From: Candidatus Lokiarchaeum ossiferum
Lineage (GTDB): Archaea > Asgardarchaeota > Lokiarchaeia > Sigyniarchaeales > Promethearchaeaceae
Length of the DNA: 32,000 bases
Direction: 5' to 3'
Assembly (NCBI GenBank): GCA_025839675.1
Contig: CP104013.1
Location: 3,000,001-3,032,000, forward strand
The notes under the pieces are model-generated. The model ran no database searches, was not told the origin of the DNA, and saw only the letters and a program-made list of their open reading frames with translations. A program made the position numbers and the translations under genes. Positions 1-7,930 of this stretch are shown here, piece by piece. The number at the start of each line of letters is the position of its first letter. The first letter of the stretch is position 1.

Positions 1-1
1 T

Positions 2-214
2 GTTCAGAATGGAAAAATTCATGTTGAGAAGTTGGAGGGAGACACTCCTAACATGAAAATTACAATCCAAGGATTAACCGCAATAGTCTATGGAGTGATG
101 TCTTATCCAGAGTTAATTTATTTCAAGTGGATTCAAGATGCAAGTGCTCAAGATCTTGCTATTTTGAAATTATGGTTTCCTCTCTCTCCAACCTGGTTAG
201 CGGAATTCTTTTAG
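2..214 (+). CDS. 3' end of a gene truncated by the window edge; tail weakly resembles the SCP2-like C-terminal domain of Eis-type GNAT acetyltransferases
   Basis: Frame 2 is open from nt 2 to TAG 212-214; the track ORF 32..214 only starts at an internal TTG. The family guess rests on the C-terminal pattern ...GLTAIVYG..PELIYFKWI...LWFP..W..EFF, recalled rather than searched. Confidence 0.3.
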   Translation, partial: VQNGKIHVEKLEGDTPNMKITIQGLTAIVYGVMSYPELIYFKWIQDASAQDLAILKLWFPLSPTWLAEFF

Positions 215-253
215 ATTATTTCACTCTTTTTTTGTTTTTGTTTTATTTCTTTT

Positions 254-640
254 TTATTCCTGATGCAATAATTTCTTAATGAACATCGACGACATTGGAC
301 GGCTTTGAATTCTTTGAAGTTGCTTTTGGTGTACATTCATAGATTGCATCCATGTTTGATGAAGTGCACTTAAATACTCTACTCCATCCATAGTTAAATC
401 ATAAATGCCATAGGTCGGTTTTTGAATGAGTTTCACACTTGTTAATTGCACTAGATGGTTTGCTAGGGCGGTTTTTTGAAGCTTCGATTGCAATAAAAGA
501 GTTTGAAAGGAAATTGGCCCATCGAGAAGAGTGACCAAAATAGAAAATCGTTTGATATTACCGATAGCTTTGAGAATTGGGAAGAGATCTGCTGTAATAT
601 CTTGAAAGGATTTTTTTAATGCTTTTCTAGCCAAACTCAT
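254..640 (-). CDS. ArsR/SmtB-type winged-helix transcriptional regulator
   Basis: wHTH pattern RFSILVTLLDGPISFQTLLLQSKLQKTALANHLVQLTSVKLIQKP. The ATG at 640-638 overlaps the TGA (639-637) of the upstream gene as ATGA, so 254..640 is preferred over the track's 254..664. Confidence 0.7.
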   Translation of the reverse strand: MSLARKALKKSFQDITADLFPILKAIGNIKRFSILVTLLDGPISFQTLLLQSKLQKTALANHLVQLTSVKLIQKPTYGIYDLTMDGVEYLSALHQTWMQSMNVHQKQLQRIQSRPMSSMFIKKLLHQE

Positions 641-1164
641 CGTTTTTTCACCGGAATCATCCATTCAATTTCCGAAGCAGGATCTTCTAAACCCTTATAC
701 ATCGGACCATATTGTTGAATTACATAAGGATAGGATTGGCAATAGTCTGATTTTTCTGATACGAGCCAATCTTGGAAGACATACTCTGTCTTTCGTTCAG
801 CCATAGTGGTAGTAAATTCCACATATTGAGTAAGAGGTAATTGTTTAACCACCATTTCTAATGGGATTTCATCAAAATAATCAATTTCAATTCCTACAAA
901 CACGTAATATCTACGTGTTTTCGCATATTCGGAAGGTTCAATATGGATTTCAAAAGCAAAATGGGGCTTTGAATTCAATTTTTCTAGAATAAATTTATAT
1001 TTCTGAGATAATTGGCCAAATCTTTGCCAGAGTTTTCCTATTTCATTTTCATATGACCATTCCTCACTGTTAAGAAACGGATCGCCATAAAATTCACAGC
1101 CTAAGAGACGGAATTGGAGTGGATCGGTAATTTTTGGAGTAAAATCCTGAGAAATTTCATCCAT
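637..1164 (-). CDS. Stand-alone GyrI-like (SbmC/AraC effector-binding type) small-molecule-binding domain protein
   Basis: About 175 aa with the characteristic IGKLWQRF helix, an aromatic/acidic-rich pattern, and YVEFT / YPYVIQQYGP segments typical of GyrI-like domains. Translationally coupled to the ArsR gene. Confidence 0.65.
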   Translation of the reverse strand: MDEISQDFTPKITDPLQFRLLGCEFYGDPFLNSEEWSYENEIGKLWQRFGQLSQKYKFILEKLNSKPHFAFEIHIEPSEYAKTRRYYVFVGIEIDYFDEIPLEMVVKQLPLTQYVEFTTTMAERKTEYVFQDWLVSEKSDYCQSYPYVIQQYGPMYKGLEDPASEIEWMIPVKKR

Positions 1165-1404
1165 GATTGAATTTAGTAAGGGAAATGAGAAATAAAAAGA
1201 TTCCTAAATAAAATGAACAAATGCATATTATTTAAATATAAAAAATGAACTAATATTCTTACTGCTGATCCAACAGGTATTTGCAGGTATTAGAACAAAT
1301 TTATGTTTAATTTTTCATGAAAAATACCATTATAATATTGAAATAGAGAATATTGTTGAGATTTGCACCACATTACAAAAATAAACTCAAGTGTGAAAAA
1401 AAAA

Positions 1405-1899
1405 ATGACAGCAAAAAAAGAAGAAATTGTTTTACATCCGATTGGAGAAGTTAAATCTAAAGAAGGAAAAACTTGGATAGAGGTAAAAGAACAATATAGA
1501 CTTGCCCTAAAAGAATTAGAAAAATTCACCCATGTCAATATCGTTTGGTGGGCACATAAAAATGATACCCCCAAGCGACGAGCGGTATTACTATCAGAAG
1601 AATTACCCCCATTTTATGGAAAAGACGCACCTAGTATGGGAGTTTTTGCCAATAGATCGGAATTTCGTCCCAATCCAATATGTGTTTCTGCAACACAGAT
1701 AATTAAAGTGGACCTGAAAGAAGGGATAATTCAGATCCCATGGACAGATGCGTTTCCAGGAACTCCAATTGTTGATATTAAACCATATCTTCCAATGGCT
1801 GACATCATTGAAGGGGCGGATTATCCTAATTATCTCCAACATTGGCCTAAAAGTCAGGAAGCAGCCATGAAATGGTGGGCTGAAATGGAACAAGAGTGA
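1405..1899 (+). CDS. TsaA/YaeB-like (TrmO family) SAM-dependent tRNA methyltransferase-like protein
   Basis: Motifs HPIGEV, RSEFRPNPICVS and GTPIVDIKPYLP match the TsaA-like fold. ATG at 1405 is preferred to the track's TTG at 1363. Confidence 0.75.
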   Translation: MTAKKEEIVLHPIGEVKSKEGKTWIEVKEQYRLALKELEKFTHVNIVWWAHKNDTPKRRAVLLSEELPPFYGKDAPSMGVFANRSEFRPNPICVSATQIIKVDLKEGIIQIPWTDAFPGTPIVDIKPYLPMADIIEGADYPNYLQHWPKSQEAAMKWWAEMEQE

Positions 1900-2043
1900 T
1901 AATTTGAATCACCAAAATAATTCTTTTTTTTTATAAATCTATAAATAACTGAAAAGGATAAGTAATTAATAGGATTCGATTTGTATTCTGTGAATTCATA
2001 ATTAATCGAATATCTCCAATTTGAAATCAATGAGATTTAAAAT

Positions 2044-3117
2044 ATGGTTCAATCTAAAAAATCACAGTTATTTGACATCCTTTTGCATTTAACTAAAATG
2101 AATCTAGCGACTCGAAAACAAATCGCGGATTACGCTTTGAATGAAGCGATATCCCTAACTTTTAGCAAGATTTCATTTATTGGGTTCATAAATTCAGAAC
2201 AAACGATAATGCGAACTCATGCATGGTCCGAATCTGCTTGGAAAAATTGCCAAGTGGAAGATCCTTATATTGATTTTCCAATAAAAAAGGCAGGATTATG
2301 GGCAGAAGCAATTCGACAACGAAAATCAATTATTGTTAATGACTTTGAAAAACCAAATCCTTTGAAAAAAGGATTTCCAGAAGGACATTTGGCATTATCT
2401 CGCTTTTTATCGGTCCCGATTATTGATGAAGATCATGTAATTGCAATTATTGCAGTAGGCAATAAAAGCACGGACTATTCAAAGCTTGATATTCAAAATC
2501 TTCAGATACTTCTATTAACAGCTTGGCGGATGATACAGCGCAGAGATGCATTTGAGGCACTTGAACAAGAACGGATTAGATTTAAATTGATCCTCGATCA
2601 GGCGGTTGATTGGGAGATTTGGAGAAAAAATTCGACATATCTCTATATTTCACCTTCATGTCAAGCAATAACCGGGTATAGTGCAGAAGAATTTTATACT
2701 AATCCAAATTTAAGGAAAGAAATTATTATAGAAGAAGATCACAAAGTGTGGGACGATCATGAACAGCAGAATTTGAAGGATGAACAGCAGAGCACTATCG
2801 AATTCCGAATAAGAAATAAGTCAGGAGATGTGAGATGGATTGAACATCGATGTTCTGTTGTCCCAGAATCAATTTCTCCGTTAGGAGGACGACGAGAAAG
2901 CAATCGCGATATCACTTTGCGTAAAATTGCGCAACAAGAAATTAAGAAATTGAAAGGTTTGCTCCCAATTTGCTCATCTTGTAAAAAAATTCGTGATGAA
3001 GGGGGTAATTGGCAATTAATAGAATCCTATATTCATGATCATTCAGAAGCGGAGTTCACGCATGGAATGTGTCCAGAATGCATTCAAAAATATTATCCAG
3101 ATTTAGCTGAAAAGTAA
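2044..3117 (+). CDS. Kinase-less sensor: GAF domain + PAS domain + C-terminal Cys4 (CxxC...CxxC) module
   Basis: GAF: PEGHLALSRFLSVPIIDEDHVIAIIAVGNKSTDYSKLD. PAS: ISPSCQAITGYSAEEFY...EFRIRNKSGDVRWIEHRC. Tail: LLPICSSCKKIRDEGGNWQLIESYIHDHSEAEFTHGMCPECIQKYYP. No HisKA/HATPase, GGDEF or HTH segment is visible. Confidence 0.8.
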   Translation: MVQSKKSQLFDILLHLTKMNLATRKQIADYALNEAISLTFSKISFIGFINSEQTIMRTHAWSESAWKNCQVEDPYIDFPIKKAGLWAEAIRQRKSIIVNDFEKPNPLKKGFPEGHLALSRFLSVPIIDEDHVIAIIAVGNKSTDYSKLDIQNLQILLLTAWRMIQRRDAFEALEQERIRFKLILDQAVDWEIWRKNSTYLYISPSCQAITGYSAEEFYTNPNLRKEIIIEEDHKVWDDHEQQNLKDEQQSTIEFRIRNKSGDVRWIEHRCSVVPESISPLGGRRESNRDITLRKIAQQEIKKLKGLLPICSSCKKIRDEGGNWQLIESYIHDHSEAEFTHGMCPECIQKYYPDLAEK

Positions 3118-3162
3118 AGAAAGTTTTAATAATAACTTCGGTTTTTCTTTTTGGAAATAAAA

Positions 3163-3711
3163 ATGGCTTCAAAGACCCTATCATATTTCATAATAGGAGA
3201 AAGAATTGCTTTTCGACCATTAAAAGAAAAAAATATCCATCTCTATTCCAAATGGGTAAATAATCCGAAGAATAGAGCATTTATTCCATATCACTTTCCA
3301 ACCACATATGAAATTCGACAGAAGTGGGTTCAAAGGCAACAATTTAATGGTACTACATCGAAAATAATTTTAGAAATTTGGCATTTACATGACAAGCAAG
3401 CAATTGGATATGCTCAATTGGATGAAATCTCATGGATCGATAGAAAAGCGACGATGGGATATATTATAGGAGAAAACCAATATTGGAAAAAAGGCTTAGG
3501 AACTGAGACAATTCAGTTATTGGAGACTTATGCGTTTGAAGAACTAAATCTCAGAAAATTGAAAGCTTTGGTCATTCGAGATAATTTAGCTTCTGTTAAA
3601 GTGTTCGAAAAGTTAAAATATAGATTAGAAGGTGTTTTGGAAGGAGAAAATTTCTATTTAGGCAATTTTCGGGATGTTTTCATCTTTAGCAAATTCAAAA
3701 ATATTGAATAA
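3163..3711 (+). CDS. GNAT N-acetyltransferase, RimJ/RimL-like
   Basis: N-terminal L.FRPL...D pattern (IAFRPLKEKNIHLY) and core YWKKGLGTETIQLLETYAFEELNLRKLKALVIRDNLASVKVFEKLKY. ATG at 3163 is preferred to TTG at 3151. Confidence 0.75.
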   Translation: MASKTLSYFIIGERIAFRPLKEKNIHLYSKWVNNPKNRAFIPYHFPTTYEIRQKWVQRQQFNGTTSKIILEIWHLHDKQAIGYAQLDEISWIDRKATMGYIIGENQYWKKGLGTETIQLLETYAFEELNLRKLKALVIRDNLASVKVFEKLKYRLEGVLEGENFYLGNFRDVFIFSKFKNIE

Positions 3712-3876
3712 ATTTTTTTGAAACAATGTTTAGAAAAACGATGAGAATAGGCAACCTCCAACCGTCTGATTTTAATTTATTTTATCTAATTTGTTCTTCT
3801 GTAAATATTCTAAAAACTATTTTAAATCATGCAATTAATTTAGCTAGAAATAACAAAAGTGGGTTGAAAAGAAAAG

Positions 3877-3950
3877 CGGGCCATGAGGGAGTTGAACCCC
3901 CGACCAACGGATTAAGAGTCCGCCGCTCTACCTGGCTGAGCCAATGGCCC
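3877..3950 (-). tRNA. tRNA-Lys (anticodon CUU), 74 nt, no intron, CCA not encoded
   Basis: Reverse complement folds by hand into a cloverleaf: GGGCCAT TG GCTC AGCCAGGTA GAGC G GCGGA CTCTTAA TCCGT TGGTC GGGGG TTCAACT CCCTC ATGGCCC G. It has a 7-bp acceptor stem, 4-bp D stem, 5-bp anticodon stem (one G-U) and 5-bp T stem (one G-U). Anticodon loop is C-U-CUU-A-A. Confidence 0.9.
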
Positions 3951-3975
3951 GTGATTGGTTACCCGAATGGGTAAG

Positions 3976-3983
3976 AAAAAAAA
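3976..3983 (-). terminator. Oligo-T (T8) tract downstream of uL2, archaeal-type terminator candidate
   Basis: A8 on the plus strand (T8 on the coding strand), 32 nt after the uL2 stop and about 25 nt before the tRNA-Lys 5' end. Confidence 0.35.
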
Positions 3984-4014
3984 GGGATAATTATTTATTA
4001 AATTATCGGTTTGA

Positions 4015-4734
4015 CTATCTTGTCTTGCGCCCACTTTGTCGAGCGGCAATCATACCAACCTTTCGCCCTGGAGGAGCATTTCGACTTGTGGTAGTTGGTC
4101 GACCCGACATTTTCTTGCGCCCACCTCCAAATGGATGTGAACAAGCGTTCATACCACTGGAAGTAATAACTGGCCAATTGGTAGCTTTGGTACGCATTTG
4201 ATGATATTTATTACCTGCCTTTAAGTAAGGCTTGGTAGTACGACCACCACCGGCAACTACACCGAGAGTAGCTCGAGAATTTTTGTGAATTACTTTTCTT
4301 TTTCCGGATGGGAATAAGATTTGAACTCCTTTTTCAGAACGTGTCATTAGAGTGGCAGTTGTCCCACCAGAACGACATAATTTGCCTCCATCACCAGGAA
4401 GAATCTCAATATTGTAAATTAAAGACCCTTCTGGGATATATTGGACTTCCATGGTATTGCCTACCATAATTTCGGTTTGAGGACCAATTTGGAATCTATC
4501 ATGTAAAAAGATACCTTCTGGAGGAAGCCAGAGAGAACGTTTTTTATTGTCGAATTCAATTCGAGCAAGAGGAGTTCCACGTCCACCTTCGTGGATAAAT
4601 TCAATTACTTCAAAATTCAAAACATCATTATAATTTCTGGGGATGTATTTCACTGCACCACGCTTCCGATGTTTAGGTGATCGGAAGTTTTGGGTACCTT
4701 TTCCCCTACGTTGGACTAAGATTCTACGACCCAT
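4015..4734 (-). CDS. rpl2: Ribosomal protein uL2 (L2P), divergent and outside the usual operon
   Basis: MGRRILVQRRGKGT..., IPEGSLIYNIEILPGDGGKL.RSGG, ATLGVVAGGGR, KAGNKYH, HPFGGG and SRNAPPGRKVG are uL2 signatures. ATG at 4734 is preferred to the GTG at 4743. Confidence 0.9.
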   Translation of the reverse strand: MGRRILVQRRGKGTQNFRSPKHRKRGAVKYIPRNYNDVLNFEVIEFIHEGGRGTPLARIEFDNKKRSLWLPPEGIFLHDRFQIGPQTEIMVGNTMEVQYIPEGSLIYNIEILPGDGGKLCRSGGTTATLMTRSEKGVQILFPSGKRKVIHKNSRATLGVVAGGGRTTKPYLKAGNKYHQMRTKATNWPVITSSGMNACSHPFGGGRKKMSGRPTTTSRNAPPGRKVGMIAARQSGRKTR

Positions 4735-4984
4735 TATAATCACTTAGAGCGCATCGCGACCTCACTGGGTGAGATTTATCGCACTCTACGAAGAAGTAAA
4801 GGTAGCATGGTAATAAAATTTTATCATCAAAAAGACGGATATTTGTGAGTTACGCGTATGGACAAATGTTTAACTTCTTAAGTAAAGAAGACCATAAAAT
4901 AAATAAAGCAAGACTAAAATGTAGTATATTATCGTGATATTATAGAGATAATATGATCAAATCAATCAAAAAGGGAAAATAATA

Positions 4985-5659
4985 ATGAAAGTCAGATTTA
5001 CAGCCGATAAAAATGGAATTGAGATCGAAATAGAGGATAATGATAATAATCAAGAATATTTGGAAAAAATCCTTAATCAAATTGATCAAATCGTAGATTC
5101 TAAATATAATTTGCTCGAAGTCTTAAGAAAGGAGCCTATTTTGGAAAAAAGCACAAGCAATGAAGGGGAAAATAAGGTAATAAAAGAAATCATAAATACT
5201 AATTCAAATACTAATCAGACTGAAAATATTGATACGATAGCTGAGTCTATTGATCAACCCATTAAAGATTTCGCAGCTCAAGTTAAGGTAGATCCATTGA
5301 AACTAAGCCAAATCTATGATTTTGGTTATAGCAAATACACAAAAGGAGAGATGGAAGTTCCTCCTATTCTTCCAGATGTATGTTCCGTTTCAAAATCACG
5401 TTCAGATACTCAAAGACAGGCACTATTACTATTGTTACTTGCTACAAATGTGTTAAATGGGAATGATTCGTTAAGTTCAAAATCATTAACAATGATCTTA
5501 ACTGAATCATCAATAGATTCAACTGATTTATCAAAAGTAAAATCCACAGATTTTAATAAATGGATTAAAATAGATGGTAGATCCTATAGAATTTTTCCAG
5601 TTGGGGTGATAAAAGCAAAGAAATTCTTGAATGAAAAAATTGCATCATTAGGTGAGTAA
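4985..5659 (+). CDS. Hypothetical protein: small N-terminal domain, N/T/S-rich linker, C-terminal wHTH-like region
   Basis: ATG start. The stop overlaps the GTG start of the next gene (GTGAGTAA, 8-nt overlap), implying translational coupling. C-terminus RQALLLLLLATNVLNGNDSLSSKSLTMILTES...YRIFPVGVIKAKKFL looks helix-turn-helix-wing-like. No family recognised. Confidence 0.5.
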   Translation: MKVRFTADKNGIEIEIEDNDNNQEYLEKILNQIDQIVDSKYNLLEVLRKEPILEKSTSNEGENKVIKEIINTNSNTNQTENIDTIAESIDQPIKDFAAQVKVDPLKLSQIYDFGYSKYTKGEMEVPPILPDVCSVSKSRSDTQRQALLLLLLATNVLNGNDSLSSKSLTMILTESSIDSTDLSKVKSTDFNKWIKIDGRSYRIFPVGVIKAKKFLNEKIASLGE

Positions 5660-6419
5660 TATCTCTAAGTTTCAAGATTTATTATCAAAACATATACCAA
5701 AGAAATATTCTGAACCAATAATTGACGAATATGCTAATCTTGAAAAGGCTTTTTATGTTTTCGATGCTGTAAACTTAGGAATAGCAGCAGGTCATTTATG
5801 TGAATTAATTTCATCATTAATATGTTTTAAAGAACTAAATATTGTGCAAAACTTGAATAGAATTGATTTTAATCCAAATTATCAAAAAATGATACAAGCC
5901 CCAAAACCAAATTCTGATGCTGAAATTCTCATGAATATTATTCCAAATATATTAAAGGGAATTTATGCATTCAGAAGTAGAAAAAGAGTAGCACATTTTA
6001 AACTAGCTATTCCACAAAAAATCGATATTAAGACAGTAAAACAAAATATAGATTGGGTCATATCACATCTGTTAATGTTATATTGTAATGTTCAAGATCC
6101 TTCTTCAATGATGATTCTAAAACCATTTGCAGAGATTGATATTCCATTTGTTGAGGAATTTGAGAATGGTGAAATATTATTCCTAAAAAGAGATGTAAGC
6201 AAACCAGATAAATTACTTTATGTTATTGGAAGAAATCGTGATAAAATTCGCATTACAAAAGAAGAAATTATTATTCAGGTTCCAGAGCTAAAGAAAGATT
6301 TTGCACAAAATATACGAAGATTGAAGGAAAGGACATTAATCCATATTACTGATAGTGGTTTTACTTTAACAAGAATAGGTAAGCAAAAGCTTTCTACTAT
6401 CTATGAAAAATTATCTTAA
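5652..6419 (+). CDS. Hypothetical protein with HEPN-like helical N-domain (Rx4-6H motif) and C-terminal winged-helix domain
   Basis: The predicted helical N-terminal half ends in YAFRSRKRVAHFK (R108/R110...H115; nt 5973-5996). The C-terminal KLLYVIGRNRDKIRITKEEII...NIRRLKERTLIHITDSGFTLTRIGKQKL has a MarR-like wHTH pattern. The HEPN assignment is tentative. Confidence 0.45.
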   Translation: MSNISKFQDLLSKHIPKKYSEPIIDEYANLEKAFYVFDAVNLGIAAGHLCELISSLICFKELNIVQNLNRIDFNPNYQKMIQAPKPNSDAEILMNIIPNILKGIYAFRSRKRVAHFKLAIPQKIDIKTVKQNIDWVISHLLMLYCNVQDPSSMMILKPFAEIDIPFVEEFENGEILFLKRDVSKPDKLLYVIGRNRDKIRITKEEIIIQVPELKKDFAQNIRRLKERTLIHITDSGFTLTRIGKQKLSTIYEKLS

Positions 6420-6640
6420 GTTTTCTGAATTTTTTGACTATCCCATTTTTTAAAATTTCGGTCAAGTTCCTCATTAAAAGTGGTGGAAGGATATTTGATA
6501 AATTGCATCTCGCCTCCCACCCTGACCCAATACTGATTGTTTGCTTGATTCATACTGTATTTCAGGAAAAACAAAATAAAAAAACTACCGCGGGTGAGAA
6601 TATATAAAAAATTCTTAAATTGATGATCTAATTTATTATT

Positions 6641-7048
6641 ATGTCAGATACAGTGCCAATACTTGCAATAATTTTTTCATTTCTATCTACTTTAATACTT
6701 TTCCTTTCAAACTACCTTAGGGAAACTAAGTTTAAGCAAACTTCTAAAATATATCAAATGAAACTTGACTTTTATTTAGAATTAATGGAAGAAATTACTT
6801 CAATAATATATCTCGGTTGTAATATAAAACAAAATATAAATAAATTATACCAAAAAGCTTTGATTTTATCTTCTGATCAGGTAATCAGGGAATATAATTC
6901 ATTACTTTCAAGATTGGATGAAACAAAATGGGAAATGAAAGAAAATAGTGATATAAAATTAGCACAAAAACTTTTAATTGAATATAGAAAAGATTTAGGA
7001 TTAAAAACAGCTTTATCCTCCTATGAAATAAAAAAACCATTCAATTAA
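6641..7048 (+). CDS. Hypothetical protein: one N-terminal transmembrane helix plus a helical domain
   Basis: VPILAIIFSFLSTLILFLSNYL is hydrophobic and is followed by a charged helical region. Same strand as the two preceding genes. Confidence 0.45.
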   Translation: MSDTVPILAIIFSFLSTLILFLSNYLRETKFKQTSKIYQMKLDFYLELMEEITSIIYLGCNIKQNINKLYQKALILSSDQVIREYNSLLSRLDETKWEMKENSDIKLAQKLLIEYRKDLGLKTALSSYEIKKPFN

Positions 7049-7141
7049 CCAACCTGGATTCATAGAATTATATAAATATAGTTCTCGTAGTAAATACTCA
7101 TGATAGAATATAAAAAGTTGATAAAATTTATATAAAAAAAT

Positions 7142-7471
7142 TTATCGTAAAACATTACGCATTTGGACTTTTTGCATTTCATTTTTTAAGATACTAATTT
7201 CATCTTCTAATTCCTTGATCTTTCGGTAAAAAAATATGTCTGTTTCTTTAAGGATGTTTCTATTTCTTCGATCAAAAGACAATCCAATATTATATTTAAT
7301 TAAGTCTATTGTAATATTATCCAATTCCTTTATATCATATTGTTCAAGAAGATAATGAACATTGTAATCAATTACATCTTTACTTTCAAAATTTTGATTG
7401 CAATTATGACATTTATATACTCCACCAAATAAATTGATTTCTTTCTGACATTTTGGACAAACGGTATACAT
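7142..7471 (-). CDS. Hypothetical zinc-ribbon protein with C-terminal coiled coil
   Basis: CPKC-x11-CHNC at the N-terminus; C-terminal KIKELEDEISILKNEMQKVQ. Confidence 0.5.
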   Translation of the reverse strand: MYTVCPKCQKEINLFGGVYKCHNCNQNFESKDVIDYNVHYLLEQYDIKELDNITIDLIKYNIGLSFDRRNRNILKETDIFFYRKIKELEDEISILKNEMQKVQMRNVLR

Positions 7472-7531
7472 GATGTATTATAATTGATCTAATTGCTTAA
7501 AAATCTTTTAAAAGAAAAAAAAAAAAAAAGA

Positions 7532-7750
7532 TTATGAATAATTTTGCTCTTCTTTCATGAAAGATATTATTTTTTGTTCAATTTCGTTATAAGATTCGAC
7601 AGTAAATTCGGAACTATAAATTTCGTTTGCGATTAGTTTAATTGTAGTATTGAATGAAAACTTTGATCGAATTTGGCGATAATTACCTGTCCAGAATATA
7701 TCAGGAAAGAATAATTCGCAAGGTATTGTCAAATTATTTGATTGTGTCAT
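7532..7750 (-). CDS. Hypothetical small protein (72 aa)
   Basis: ATG start, non-low-complexity sequence, co-oriented with the integrase/RHH module. No family recognised. Confidence 0.3.
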   Translation of the reverse strand: MTQSNNLTIPCELFFPDIFWTGNYRQIRSKFSFNTTIKLIANEIYSSEFTVESYNEIEQKIISFMKEEQNYS

Positions 7751-7930
7751 TAAAATACGACCTCTGACAAATATTTACTTATAAAATTATTGTAAATCAT
7801 TTTCTTATACTTATAGGATAACATAGAATATTTAAATGTTTGGAAATTGACAAAAATCAAGAAAAAAGTTGGAAGAACAACCGAATTCATGAGTAAACAT
7901 TTAAAATTTGAAGATATCCTGACAAAAAAA

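Noticed and set aside
1290-1893. ORFs 1290..1574 (-) and 1603..1893 (-)
   Set aside because: They are antisense to the TrmO-like CDS, which has clear family motifs. Their sequences are low-information.
3877-3950. tRNA-Lys as the attachment site of the 5.0-10.5 kb island
   Set aside because: The uL2 gene lies between the tRNA and the island. I found no copy of a tRNA 3' or 5' segment by eye in the candidate borders (4744-4984, 10484-10633). A computational repeat search would be needed to exclude it fully.
3726-4201. Track ORFs 3726..3974 (+) and 3944..4201 (+)
   Set aside because: The first runs across the tRNA-Lys gene on the opposite strand. The second is antisense to the well-supported uL2 CDS. 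Their R/P/G-rich translations mirror GC-rich structural or coding sequence.
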